DNA from: Octopus vulgaris
Lineage: Eukaryota
Direction of reading: 5' to 3'
Length of the DNA: 64,000 bases
Assembly (NCBI GenBank): GCA_951406725.2
Contig: OX597816.1
Coordinates: 135,284,001-135,348,000 of the forward strand
In this document: in pieces, positions 1-12,904 of the stretch
Layout of the letters: each line of letters starts with the position of its first letter
Position numbering within the stretch: position 1 is the first letter of the stretch
Translations under genes and position numbers: made by a program
The notes under the pieces: model-generated
The model's input: only the letters and a program-made list of their open reading frames with translations
Database searches by the model: none
What the model was told of the DNA's origin: nothing

Positions 1-219
1 TTTCAATAATTTTCCTATGCGTTGATGGCCTTTCTGTCAGAGAATAACGAGCGCCGAGCATATATTACGAAGGTATTACCTAAGACAGTCATGGGCAAAC
101 AGCAGCTAGCGGGACTTTCTGAATGGCACGCCGAAGCGAAAAATTACTTTGAATTTTTTAGTATTGCAGTCCATCTGGTGATGGGCAATGTCTCGTGCGA
201 CTTGCTTCTTGATAAAGGT

Positions 220-392
220 TGCCCATGCCTTCTATAAGATGTCGCGTGACCTGCTAGAAATAGCAGTCAAATCTCTCTCGAATCACACCCTACTGTCTTA
301 AATGGGAATATTTTGAAATATAAAGCTTGCTATCCAGAAAACCGCGATGGTCATAGTTCTGCTCGACCAAAACTGACAACAAAAACAACATG
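220..392 (+). mobile_element. Degenerate copy of an abundant short interspersed repeat (cctgctagaaatagcagccaaatct...aacaacaa family)
   Basis: The same motif recurs at about 5930-6115, 9950-10170, 10580-10720, 20640-20820(-), 23295-23450(-), 32150-32280(-) and 54250-54455(-). Confidence 0.6.
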
Positions 393-730
393 TAACATAT
401 AGATAATATTTTGCTATATATAATTCTTCCAGCTTCAGTTAATTGTGAAACAAACTGTTTATTGTCCTAAATTTTTCTTCGATATTTCACGTAAAGATGT
501 GCTATTCAATAGAATAGATTTTTGTTACCCTAATTATACAATTATATCCAATGTGAGTTGGGAGGATAATTCTTCAGGAGGTTAAGTGATTAAATCATTC
601 TACCTCATGAAAATTAAATCCCAACTTTGTTGCAGTCTTGGTGATAATTACATTCTATTTGCAAATTTCAGCCACTTTGTCGCAAAATTGACAAATCCTT
701 TCTAGCTGTCATTATTATATTTGCTTATAA

Positions 731-945
731 GGCGGCGAGCTGGCAGAATCGTTAGCACGTCAGGCGAAATGCTTAGCGGCATTTCGTCCATCTTCATGCT
801 CTGAGTTTAAATTCCTCCGAAGTCGACTTTGTCTTTCATCCTTTCGGTAGATAAATTAAGTACCAGTGAAACACTGGAATTAATGTAATCGATTAGTCCC
901 CTCCCACAAAATTTCAGGCCTTGTTTCTATAGTAGAAAGGATTGT
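731..945 (+). mobile_element. tRNA-derived SINE, dominant family, Meta-domain-like core
   Basis: Head ggcggcgagctggcagaatcgttagc; B-box-like gagtt(c)aaattcc; core gactttg(c)ctttcatcctttcgg...ataagtaccag. More than 15 copies in the window. Confidence 0.85.
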
Positions 946-1395
946 TTTCTTGTTTGTTTTTTTTTTCCCGAAAGGAACGGCATGTATTACACGAACAGCT
1001 TTCTCTAAGGTGTCTTATCATCAGGTGGCATCTTGGCCTGCAACCATATAATACAGCAATTGTGACTGGTCAGTTGCTTAATCAGAGCCTTCACATTACT
1101 GTCACGATGATGCTGATTGGCTAAACTCCTACAGTAATGCAGAAAGTAAGAAATAATTTTAACAAATTTTAATTTTTTTGGCATTGTTTTTGTTTGCTTT
1201 TGCTGATTAATGCGCTACTTTTTTGTATGTAGGCACGATCAGTTTTGAAATGTATGCATGCGTGCGCGCATGTGTATGTGTGTATGTATATAACTATCCA
1301 TTTACATATACATTCGGCCGCCTGAGCCCGACCAGCGAGGTTCCTGTGATTAGCCAGTGAAACTTCCCAAGAGCCGAAACAACTTGTTTTAAATG

Positions 1396-1446
<51 letters not shown>

Positions 1447-1616
1447 CCTACGTATGAATTAACTTGTTCTCGGAGTTGTAGTGTGAAACAAATAACTAAA
1501 AGCTGAATGATAACAGCCAAGCCAACGTTTGGTTTCAAATTACAACGTACTCTCTTAAAATAAGTTCACATCATATAATATCCTTTTGTATAATACACAC
1601 ACACACACACACACAC

Positions 1617-1676
<60 letters not shown>

Positions 1677-1751
1677 CTTACTTGGAGGAAACGAAACAAA
1701 ACGACGCGAGGGCGCTCAGTCATACAATAGTGTAATAATAAATAAAATATA

Positions 1752-1791
<40 letters not shown>

Positions 1792-1792
<1 letters not shown>

Positions 1793-1980
1793 TAGCTGAC
1801 ATACCCGGTAATTCCCGGGAAAGCGGGGCTTATCCTTTGGTTCCGTTCTCATTATTGTTTCGCTAATCCAATAACAACAATACAAAGTATGTAGCCCTTA
1901 AAACTATGAGATCATGTACACACCCCGGCCGAAATTAACTCTTTTGACCTCGCATACTTTTCCATTTACTAATTATACAT
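1792..1980 (-). mobile_element. Non-autonomous Helitron 3' end
   Basis: Minus strand reads cccgggaattaccgggtatgtcagCTAGt: subterminal hairpin, then CTAG followed by T. Similar end at 16458. The 5' boundary is uncertain. Confidence 0.55.
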
Positions 1981-2376
1981 ACACCAGACGTTTGTAAAGA
2001 TGACCAGCCAGTATGTTCTTTTTAAATAATTTTTGTCCTCTTGAACCCTAACAAGCTTAGAATTTCCCAATTCTGCGACAGAGAAGGAAGCTCTACCACT
2101 AGTGTAGGCAGTCAAAAGATTGAGTTTTTATCTCCCAGTAAGACATAGTCCACTTGTAAATGATGCACAAAATCATATCTTTGTATTTGACACTAATAAA
2201 TATTTTAAGATGAAGAACGATAAAATTCAAAGATGGCTTATAGAAAATGCCGATAAATATTTACGATATTTGCCAACATTGTAGTTCATAAATTATTACT
2301 GCAGATGAGCTAACTTGCGTGTTTTTGATCCTTATTATCACACAAACGTCCAAATAATAACCACGATTAACTAATG

Positions 2377-2597
2377 TACGAGAGGAGTGCTGAAACGTTC
2401 TTGATTTTAAGTGTTTCGCGAAAGACCTGGGTGGAGGCCCAACCTTCTAGGTTCTTTTACAGGGCTTAGAAAAACTGAAGGACCACTGCAATAAGTATGT
2501 GAATCTGAGAGGGAAATATGTTGGATAAAATCATAATTAACTGATACTCGCATATTTTTTTACTCGAACTCAGGAACTTTTCAGCTCTCTCCTCGTA
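2377..2597 (+). mobile_element. Mariner-derived MITE (~220 bp)
   Basis: TA-flanked TIRs tacgagaggagtgctgaaacgttc / ggaacttttcagctctctcctcgta. The interior encodes a mariner C-terminus (LQGLEKLKDHCNKYVNLRGKYVG*). Paralogs at 25416 and 47010. Confidence 0.85.
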
Positions 2598-3889
2598 CGA
2601 GGAGGCATCAAAATGTTTCCGGACTATTTCTGTAGCGCACCAACAGATGCAGCACACTGATACACGCGCAATGAGAGATAGTAATAAGATTCATTAGGCA
2701 GCGTGCCGAGTGGCATTGCTGTGTTTACTTCACAAGTGAAATTTGTGTTCTTGTGATTACGTGTATACTTTAATCTGCGATTTTGTCATGGACAGGAAGT
2801 TGGAAGAAAAGCCAACGTGAAATTTTGCGTCAAACTCGGGTCGGCAAGATTACGGCGACAGGACAATTAGTCGTACGCAATGTTTCGAGTGGCACGGTCA
2901 CTTCAAAAGCCGAAGAACATCCCTGGAAGACGATGAACGATCTTAAAGACCTGCCTCGAGAGTCATCCCCGGAAATGTGGAAAAAATTTATCAGTCTGTG
3001 CACGACGATCGTCAGAGGACAATCAACGTTTATTACTGATGTTGCTGGTCTGTCGCATGGGTCCATGCAAGCAATCCTAACTTCTGAATTGAACATGTGG
3101 CATGTCCCTACCAAGTTTGTCCCCCACCTGCTGACCACTGACCAGAAAGAACATCGCCTAGAAGTCTATTAAGATCTCCGTCAGCGTGCCGCTGATGATC
3201 CATCTTTCATGTCGAGGATCATCACTAGTGACGAGGGTTGGGTCTATGGGTACGACCCTGAGACGAAGCAACTGTCTTCACAATGGAAGAGCCCTTCGTC
3301 TCCAAGACCGAAGAAGGCACGACAGAGCTGTAACTCAATCAAGAGCACGCCCATCATTTTTTCGACATCCGCGGTATTATGCATCGAGAATTCGGCCCCG
3401 CTGAGCCAGAACATTCAATTGAGAGTTCTACTGCAACGTTTTGAAGCGTATGAGGGAGGTCGTTCGGCGGCGAAAGCGACTGGATCTGTGGAGCGCGAAG
3501 AATTGGATTCTTCACGACGACAATGGACCCTTGTGCCAAGCTCTCCTCTCTTGTGAGTTTCTCACCAAAAACATGGTATCGCTTCCGCACCCACTTTATT
3601 CAGCAGATTTAGCACTTGCGAACTTCCATCTCTTCCCCAAGATGAAAGTACAGCTCAAAGGTTGGCTGTTTTAACACTATTGTCAAAATCCAGAGCAAAT
3701 CACAGAAGGTCCTGAACTTGCTAATGGAAAATGACTTCAAGGCTGGATTCCAAAAGTGGTAAGAATGCTGGTACCAGTGTATTGCTGCGCAAGGTGACTA
3801 TTTCAAAAGAGATGATGCTAAAACTTAGGTGAATAAGTCATTTTTTACTAAACATAACTAGTCCGGGAACCTTTTGATACCACATCGTA
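2596..3889 (+). mobile_element. Full-length but decayed mariner transposon (~1.29 kb)
   Basis: TIRs tacgaggaggcatcaaaatgtttccggacta / tagtccgggaaccttttgataccacatcgta, with TA duplication. Confidence 0.93.
2788..3828 (+). pseudogene. Mariner transposase pseudogene (frameshifts and stops)
   Basis: Fragments in different frames: FVPHLL, TSDEGWVYGYDPETKQ, WILHDDNGP, PHPLYSADLALANFHLFPKMK, and a C-terminal CIAAQGDYF. Confidence 0.92.
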
Positions 3890-4159
3890 TCTATGAATAG
3901 ATCCATTAGCTTATTTTGTAAAAAGGTGCTATTGAAGTAGTTATTTTTATCTGTTCACGAATTAAATTTCAATATTTCTGAAATGCAAAAAACAGTTTGG
4001 TTAAAGTACCTAAACCCTTTGAATATTCAGTGTTCATTTCAAGGGTCTTCTCCCTACTAACACTAAGCATGAATATATGTTAATCTGTGAATATTCATGC
4101 TTTTCTTTTGATTTTCCTTGCAAGGATCAGACTCCTGAATCTGTAATAACTTCTATTCT

Positions 4160-4520
4160 TTCTATATTTAAGAGATGAGGAATTATGTACATTATTTACA
4201 TTATTTACATTCGACGGGTATTTGTCCTCATCTCGTTTGTTGTTAACACAACGTTTCGGCTGATATAGCGAAGTGGTTAAGAGCGCGAGCTACTAACCCT
4301 AAGATTCCGAGTTCGATTCCAAGCAGTGACGTGAACAACAACAACAACAACAACAATAATAATAGTTGTAATAATAATAATAATAATAATAACATCGAAA
4401 ATTACCTTAGGAATGAGAACCCAGGTTCGAAATTTCCCCAAAACACCCGAAGAAGGCTAGCGGGTATATCAGCCGAAACGTTGTGTTAACAACAAACAAG
4501 ATGAGGACAAATATCCGTCA
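4160..4520 (+). mobile_element. Composite non-autonomous retroelement: inverted 3' duplicate, tRNA-like head, (AAC/AAT)n, hammerhead-like motif, tail (Penelope-like architecture)
   Basis: 55-bp inverted arms 4213-4267 / 4465-4519 (2 mismatches). A/B boxes tagcgaagtgg and gagttcgattcc at 4266-4320. Hammerhead motif at 4442-4487. Confidence 0.75.
4442..4487 (+). ncRNA. Minimal type I hammerhead ribozyme-like motif (U4->C mutant core)
   Basis: aacac-CCGAAGA-a-ggct...agcc-GAA-ACGT-T-gtgtt. Stems I and II pair; helix III is the palindrome ACGT, as in PLE hammerheads. Confidence 0.7.
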
Positions 4521-4589
4521 ATATTTGCAAAGTGAACTTCTTAAGTACATAACCATGCCTGCGCCTATGATAAATTGATCAGCTCTGTC

Positions 4590-5050
4590 AGTTTTAGCAT
4601 TCATCCATTTTGCTCATGGGCCTGCCTTCACGAGTTTGGAAAACAGTTTTTATCTTATTACAACGTTACCCAGAGATCCTAAATCACTATACAGTTCACA
4701 AAAGATTGATCATTGAACGAATGAACGGTAATGTTTGAAGAATGACACAACTGCCCTCAGCTCATAAACGACTTACAATCATATCATGGGAACAAGTGGT
4801 ACCAGATATACCCCATTCGGTTCGTACTCTCCTGGTTGCACCCCACAAAGACATTTCCTTAATTTTCTTCGAAGTACGTTATCCAAGACATCCTTGCCTC
4901 AGTAGCTACTACATTCTGGAAAGACAATACTTCTGAAAGGGAAGATGCGTGATTCAAAGTATGAGCTATAAACGAAGTCTGTAGAATTAAGACAAGCGAT
5001 AAAAACGTTTTATTTCGCAAAGCTGATGGATAGGCAACTACAGTTTCAAT
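4590..5050 (+). pseudogene. Degenerate Gypsy LTR-retrotransposon integrase fragment
   Basis: Translated pieces IERMNGNV, SWEQVVPDIPHSVRTLL, GKTILLKGKMRDSKYE and ADG*ATTVS follow the order I recall for invertebrate Gypsy integrase C-terminal motifs. Confidence 0.65.
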
Positions 5051-5337
5051 TCATTTCGTAGCAAGCTATATAGATAAGAACGTTACTACAACTAAAATGC
5101 CAATTTGTCATTTCGGGTGTAGTTGTCAATTTATCATTTGTCAGCTAGCAAGTATGCTAATGAATTCCATATGATACCAAAACCGACATGACAGTACTCC
5201 TATTCTTGCGGAACCTGTTAATAATAGTGTAACACAATTTTTTGTATTTGGGTAGCAACTGTTATTCCCTATTTACCTAACCCTAGAAAGTATGAAAAAT
5301 AGCTGATATTTCCTTCAAACTTTGCTTTTTTTACATT

Positions 5338-5505
5338 CATTCAAACCCCAAAGAATCCCCCTCAACATATGGCTAAGGTGCTCCCCCTACTCCTGCTCAT
5401 AATCAGAGATGTACAAATTGTTAGCCATTAAGGGACATGCTCAAGTGGTTTAGGTCAAACAACTGACAAACAAATATGTGGTATTCGGCAAAATATTTGC
5501 TATAA
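5338..5505 (-). mobile_element. Fragment of the LINE-like repeat also present at 13190-13360
   Basis: Shares attcaaaccccaaagaatcc...aagggacatgctcaa...ggtcaaacaactgac with the 12905-13368 copy. Confidence 0.7.
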
Positions 5506-6221
5506 CGATATTTCTGTTTCAGCAACTCAGCGCTAACTCTGTCTGAAACGTAATGAAAATAAGTCAGTTTCAAAACATTGATGTCCAGGTCACCAAAGCA
5601 AAGTTTGAAGGGAATAGTAGTCATTTCATTTGATTTCTAGATAGAAGCAAATAAGAAATAACACTTACTGACAAAAAATTTTTTTAATAAAAATTTTGTT
5701 ACACCGTATAATACTAGCAAATTTGAATCCAGACATTCTTCTCAGTGTTACCGATAAACGTGCAACACAATCACTAAAGACTTCAAATTAAGTGATCTTG
5801 CAGACAAGGGTAAAGAAATTCAGCTTTCTAGTTATAACGTAAAGCGCCTAAAAGACATTGTGAAGAGATGCAGTGTAAAAAATCTGTTTGTTGTTTTAAA
5901 CTGTTCGCACGTGTCATCCAAAGGGCTACCCTTTTTTAAATGGTCGCTCGATCGGCTAGAAACAGCAGTCAAATATCTATCAGACAACTCTGCTATATTA
6001 AGAAAGGGAAGGATGCATAGGATAATGCGGTTTTAGATATCTCGATAGACAATAGCAGAAAATGAGATAAGAAGGTCTTGGCAGGAACATCTTTGATCAT
6101 AAGTCTGTTTAATCAAGATAATTACGGTACAAGGTTTATTCACATTATTAGCTAAATTTGCATGGAAGTAAACATTGACAGTTAGATTCCAGAACAAGAT
6201 TATTTTAGCAAGAACATTACC

Positions 6222-6442
6222 AGGCCTTTAGCCTTTAAACCGGCCATATCCGGCCAAAATATTCTACTTGTTTTACGTTCAAATCAGATCTGGCCTCTCA
6301 TACCTACGCTACAATGTTATTCTAAAAATAAGCAATCACATCATCAAAATCGCAGAGCAACAAGTCAACGCGCGATTAATTCAAAACAATTTGAATAAAT
6401 AAGCGTTACATTTGAAAGAGTATTCTGAATGTTAACGAGTTA
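6222..6442 (-). mobile_element. piggyBac-like (TTAA) MITE
   Basis: Reverse-complement paralog of the host element at 45007-46269; ends resemble ttaaccctttagcatt. Confidence 0.6.
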
Positions 6443-6819
6443 TGTGACAAGGGTGCATCAACGCTACAAACATCTCTTTTCAGAAGCAGTTTGAATGTGG
6501 CCTCTCGGCTTACTGAAAGCAGCAGTCAAAATTTCTCCTAAATTACATCATACCGCCATGAAAATGGAGAACACATTGAATAAAGTCTACATAGACTATT
6601 TGAATTTTAAAACGCCCTTGCTCATAATAGCAATACCAGTTCAGTTCTGATTCTATTCAATCCGGACTGAAAAGGGAGTTAAAAAACAACTACATCAATG
6701 CTTGTCTACAAGGATTTATCTGTGATTTCGGAGGTAATTAACGATGCAAATCAGGACTGTGTGCCATAATAACATACTTACGGAGAGAAAAAAATCTTGA
6801 ATGTCACTTGGCAATATAA

Positions 6820-6860
6820 CTTCGTTGAGGAAATCTAATACGATCGAAACATATCTGGAG
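6820..6860 (+). ncRNA. Degenerate minimal hammerhead-like motif
   Basis: cttcg-TTGAGGA-aatc-taatac-gatc-GAA-ACATAT-C-tggag. Stem I pairs with two G-U; helix III is near-palindromic. Confidence 0.4.
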
Positions 6861-7070
6861 TTGTCAGCATAACCCTCAAAGATCATATTCACTCATGCCT
6901 TGCAGATCTCAACAAAAATTTCGGAGTTCTCTCCCTTGTTCCTTTTGCTAAGAATTTTCATTACTCCAACCTCACTCGAAGAAAACAAACATTTCTTCTC
7001 ATTGATGAAAAATTATTTTAGGCTACCGTATTCAGTATGGTAGCCTGTACTTAATTAAAATGCATAAAAT

Positions 7071-7325
7071 GGAATGGAAGCACTCCGTCGGTTACGACGA
7101 CGAGGGTTCCGGTTGATCCGAATCAACGAAACAGCCTGCTCGTGAAATTAACGTGTAAGTGGCTGAGCACTCCACAGACACGTGTACCCTTAACGTAGTT
7201 CTCGGGGATATTCAGCGTGACACAGAGAGTGACAAGGCCGGCCCTTTGAAATACAGGTACAACAGAAACAGGAAGTAAGAGCGAGAGAAAGTTGTGGTGA
7301 AAGAGTACAGCAGGGATCACCACCA
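7071..7325 (-). mobile_element. 5'-truncated SINE
   Basis: Shares body cctgctgtactctttc(a/g)ccacaactttctctc with the SINE at 16114. Flanked by a TSD-like aaaatgc(a/g)taaaat. Confidence 0.75.
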
Positions 7326-10019
7326 AAATGCGTAAAATAGACATAAGGCAACTGGGCTGTTATGGTTTTGACCGATGTATCTGGTGATTTACTTTTCAAT
7401 GTCACATCCAGCACTTTTATTAATTGTTTCGAGGACAATACCTATGTGATCGTTCTACATGCAAGAAATCACAACCAAAGCTCTCTCTGTGCAGTCTTTA
7501 AAAAGGAGATATTAATTGTGTTGCATTGTCCAGGATATACTATTTGAACTGGACTATTTCACATGCCATGAAATATACCGTACGATTCTAAAATCTGTGA
7601 TAGTGACGCACAGTCCTCCATTTGCGTTATTAATAACCTTGGGTATCGCAAAAATCCTTATATAGAATGATGTTTGATGTTGTTGTTTATGCACATGTTA
7701 GTCCTAATTGAGGAGACCATTTATGATTATGGCAAGAATGTCTTTGATCGTTGGTCTGTTCGCCTGGGGGTAAACAACAATAACAAGTTCAAGATCACTG
7801 ATAAATAAAATGCATAAAATGAAAACAGCTTAATCGTGATCCACAAAACTACGTGGCATACTCTTTCCTGCCCTAAGGGTAAAGACAAACGTCCTTCTAG
7901 AATTGGACTCAGTAACCACCAGTTAATACCTTGTCATCACTTAAACAAACATCTTGGCAGGATATGTTGCTTGATTAATGATTTCTTGATGTTAATTCGT
8001 TATTTGCATACTTTAACTTGTCGACACGACTTGTAATTATTGTTTCACTCCAGGTAGCTCTGAACGAGCAAACCCATGACCAAAAGCGTTTCAACAAAAT
8101 GTGTTAAGATGTGTATTATTCAATAAACCTCCCACGCCGCACACACATACACATACACACATCATTTTGTTTGTTTGCTTGTTTGTTAAGAAGATTAGGA
8201 CGCGATTTGAGAGAAATATTGTTTCTGATTTAGGCAAGAGAACAGCAATTTTGGAGGAGTTAGCTGAGATTATAGACCACAGTATTTGACTGGTACATTA
8301 TTTTATCGACCTTAAAAAAGATGAAAAGCTAAGTTGACGTTGGTAGGATTTGAACTCAGGAAGTAAAGAGCTGGAACAAATACTGCAAGGCAATTTTTTT
8401 AAGGTCTAAACAGTTCTGCCAGCTTCGCGATCCTTGAAGAAAGACATATAGTTGTGATTTCTAGTAGAGCTAAGCAAACCGCGTGGAGGCTCCTCTGTTG
8501 GTGTTAGAAGTAGGAGTTATTTCCCTTAGCTGGGCGGAGTGTGAGAAAACGTGGAAGGCGGGGCTTCGTATGGAACAGTAGTCTCACTCTTTCTCAGAGC
8601 TGCTTTTTTTGTTTTGTTTTGTTTTGTGTTGTTTTGTATTTATTTTGTGAAGTAACTGAAAAAGAAATAAATACGGTAGAACATGCTAATAAGCAGATAC
8701 AGATAAACCTTAAACAAATCAATATCTAGATATTGGAGAAAGTAGTAAATAGGAAAAGAAAAAATATACATAGTAAACAGCATTTGCATCGTTTAGAACA
8801 AATGCACCGGCTATAAAAAGTGTTGTAGTAACACGAGCTTTTTCTGTACACATCAGTGATGTAACAGGATTAAAAGTGAACAGAGAAAGAAAACAGAATA
8901 TCACATTGAAAGCTTGGTGGTAAGTCAATGCCTTATTCTTAACCTTTGCGCCACACTGTGTTCTGTGTTTATTATTTTATATTAGCTTTTCGCCGTATTT
9001 CCTACATCTCGGTGAGATATTCAGCTGTTTCGTAATATGTCCAGAAGAGAAAGAGAGAGTGAGAGGGAGAGAGGTGGGGAGAGAACTTAAAACCGGCTGC
9101 TGTGTAGATCGTGTAAGAAGGAAACTAAAATTATAACCTTCATACCACCACTACTTAAAACTTTAAACCCACTTTCGCAGCACAACACACGTTCTGTCTG
9201 TCCCTCTCTCTTTTATTATTAGCACTTTGTCTTTATATTAGTCAATTTTTTAAACCCTCTCTTGTCTACCTTCCCGGACTTGAATTCTTGCCTATCACCG
9301 ATCAAATAGATCTCCATTATTAACTTACACTTTCCTTTGTTGTTATGTAATTACCTCGTTGCCTTTTGTTTATCTTATTTGTATTTCCACCATTCTCGTT
9401 CTATTCTACACTCTCTTTATGAATGTTGTGCTTTTCATTTACACAAATCATTTATTATTTATGTGCTTGAATGTATTCCTGCATGCTGTGTTTATAAGTG
9501 TGTTTGCAAACGTTGTATGTATGTATGTATGATTATTACACACATATTTTTCAGAGAAAGTAGGCGACATATGTCTTTCGTACAAAGAAAATGTTGCAAT
9601 GTTATTGTTTATAACACGTTGTTAACTAACAACCGCTTCGAGGCTTATATACACTTCCACTCACGTATACTACTTACACGCGTCCTCGCACGTTTATGCA
9701 CTAAACGAATGTGTAAGAAAAGGATGCGATGGTCCCGTCCGGAACGGCTTTTGGTCATAGGTCTGCTTAAACAGGGCTGACTTGAGGCTAAAAAACAACA
9801 AAAGCATGTATGTATTATTTCTGAATTGTGCCGATAATTTTTGTGTCGTGTTTGTCTTCGTTTATTATATATAATTATTATTAAGTTCAATAACATTCAG
9901 TCTTCGATCCCAACACCTGATACGTATACTCGGCGATCCTTCGGGTAAGCCTTTACACGACCGTTTGGCCTGCTAGAAATAGCAACCAAATTTCCCATAA
10001 AATCACATGCTATTATCTT

Positions 10020-10123
<104 letters not shown>

Positions 10124-10802
10124 GAAATGCATTTGATCATAGATCTGATTAGTGAAAAGTGCTCTGTAGCTGAAGAACAACTGTGTGCGTGCATGCGTGC
10201 GTACGTGCGTCGTGTGTGCGTGCGTGCGGACGTGCGTACGACGTGCGTACGTGCGTGCGCGCGCGTGTTTTGTGTGTTATATTAATGCACATATTTATAT
10301 AAATACACATATGCACGCATGTAACTTTTCCCTTCGTTAGAATTTATTATTTTGACTGACTGCCTGCTCAAGAGCAATGATATAGGGGGAAAACAGGGTG
10401 GAGGAGTCTTTGTTACGTTGTCCTGCCGATTTTTATAACTCCAGATGTGATCGCATATGAGTCAAGTAATTTACTATTTTTCGATAAATTCAAGCCATTC
10501 TTTTGTGTACGTGTATGTATTTATTTATATGTATGTATTTATTTATATGGGTGCGTAAGATCGCATAATGCCATATGGGGGTTCTCTGCTTGGTCGCTCA
10601 ACCAGCAGAAATAACAGTCAGGTCTACTTTAACTCACTGGTTACCGAACAAGGAAGTATCTTAAACAGAAAGGATAGTCATAGCTAGAAGACCTTTGATA
10701 GTGGGTCAGCTTGCATGTCAGCTAGACACACATATACACACATATACACATGCACACACACACACATATATATATATATATGTGATATTTATCTATTTAT
10801 CT

Positions 10803-10833
<31 letters not shown>

Positions 10834-10919
10834 AGTGTGTGTGTGTGTGTGTCTGTGTGTGTGTGTGTGTGACGACTTAACAATGAGTCTTGAGAGACAG
10901 TTACGTGTCATGGGTTTAC

Positions 10920-11086
10920 CAGGATTGACTCAAGGTACCGGCAACTCGGGCAGTCGCCCGGGGCGCCTTGTACTAGAGGGCAGCTAGGAGGAGGTGACAA
11001 AGACAAGGAAATTTCCACGACCGCCAGCTTGTACACGCCGAAATTCAGCTTGCCTGGGGCGCCAGAAACCCTTGGGCCAGCCTTGG
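10920..11086. mobile_element. hAT-like MITE
   Basis: Imperfect TIRs caggattgactcaagg / ccttgggccagccttg; 8-bp TSD-like gggtttac / gggtttgc. Confidence 0.55.
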
Positions 11087-12510
11087 GGGTTTGCACGTGT
11101 CGTCACGGTCACAGTCCTTATCAATTTTTATTCGGAATTTCCGCTTTGCGAGATGAGTCAGAGGACAATCCCCGCTCTACATTTGGCTCGAGTTATACTT
11201 CTCGATGCTCTTACTATCACCAACTACATTACCGATTGTATTGGACGCATTTTATCATTGAAACCCCATTGGAGAGATTAAGCCTCAACAAATCTAGACT
11301 ACGTTCTCTTCGCTCGGACGCTAACCGTTTCAAACTCTGTATTGAATGCATTTTACTGTAGCACCAGCTCTAGTGAGGTTGAAACCTTCAAAACTCCTTA
11401 CTACTCTACGTTGTCACTGTTCAGGGTAAAGTGACTGATAAAGTGAGTCGGTGAAAGGGTGATTGCAAACGAAAAACTAAGGTAAGGAAGAGCAAAATAT
11501 GATGGGGAAACAGAGTTTGTGTGGTTACGGTGTAGAAAAGGAAGGAGAATTGGGCGACATACTACTAGGAATAATGGAATAGAAACATTAGTGGAATGAT
11601 GTAATGGAGGAAAGACTGCAAATGACGAGAGAAATAAAAGAAAGAAAGAAAGAAAGAAAGAAAGAATGAAAGAAAGAAAATCAATAATGGCAAGTGAATG
11701 CTTGGTGGTAAGGGTGTGTAATTGTTGTCAACGGCAAGTGATCTGGGGAAGAGCAGCTAGCAGTACAGGAGGGTAATGTTAATGGGTAGGACAGAGTGTG
11801 AGTGATGACAGTCATGGGAAGGGATGATGTTCAGAGCGAGATGAATGCTTATAAGGGGTAAAAACTATACGTGTGTGAGTGTGTAAGAGAAAGAGAGAGA
11901 GAGAGGGGGAGTGAGGGTAGGGAGAGAGGGACTTGCAGTACAGAAGGCGACATGGAAGGTGTATCGTATATCAATAGAATTGATGCAAATGCTCGTTACT
12001 CGGGCATCGTGACGGGAGAAAGATAGGGTTGGATAAACGGGGGTAGTGGTGGTGATGGTGGGGAATTGAGTATAGAGAGAACTAGAATCATTCCTCATTT
12101 AATGAACGGCATTGTTCGGTAAAGAGAGGGAAAGGGGAAAAAAAACTGATCGAAAGATAAGAGGGTATCGAATAGGTAAGAGAGGTAGGAGAAGGAGACT
12201 TAGCAGGTCTAGAATGCGCGAAAAAGACCAGACGTGGATATATCTGTTAGATATCGCAGTTTTCATAACCACCCCCGTTTTAGCGTACGTTTAGCTTTGT
12301 TTGCATGAGTGATAGGATCAACTGTATCCTAGCTTAGTCTTCACCGCTTCATCTCTCTTTCGTCAGCTTCAAGGGCTCGCTGCTTTTCTGTATAGTTATA
12401 ATTTTCCATATGCGTCATATGGCTTACCAGCCCAGTCCTCTTCCGTGCATATTACATCTGATTCGTCTTGCATCCAGTTTATTATTATTATTATTATTAT
12501 TATTATTGTT

Positions 12511-12798
12511 TATGGGTTTTTCTTCTTCTTTCAAATTTGCTTCCATTTCTTGCTGAGTGTCTTCCCGACTCCTAGGGCAAAGAAACTCATAGTATACATT
12601 GGTAGGCCATTAAACTAAACTCACTAGTTCGTTCATCTTTTTTTTTTGATAGAAATAAAGTTAAAATTAAAATACATGGGTAGTAATAGTTCTCACATCG
12701 ACAATGCTCTTCTCAATACGTGTGATGTACCAGTTAAGACAATCTTTTGCACTTCTTGCAGGGAAGGTAAGCCAGGGATCATTCTCATATAATTTTCG
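12511..12798 (-). mobile_element. 3' end of an R4/Dong-like (restriction-like endonuclease, RLE) LINE inserted in (TAA)n
   Basis: Minus strand encodes ENYMRMIPGLPSLQEVQKIVLTGTSHVLRRALSM*, a typical RLE-LINE C-terminus. Flanked on both sides by (ATT)n. Confidence 0.8.
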
Positions 12799-12812
12799 TA
12801 TTATTATTATTA

Positions 12813-12904
<92 letters not shown>
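12799..12904. repeat. (ATT)n microsatellite
   Basis: Direct reading. Confidence 0.97.

Noticed and set aside
7020-7046. Terminator-like hairpin aggctacc...ggtagcct
   Set aside because: Eukaryotic context, isolated, no U-tract; likely a local palindrome.
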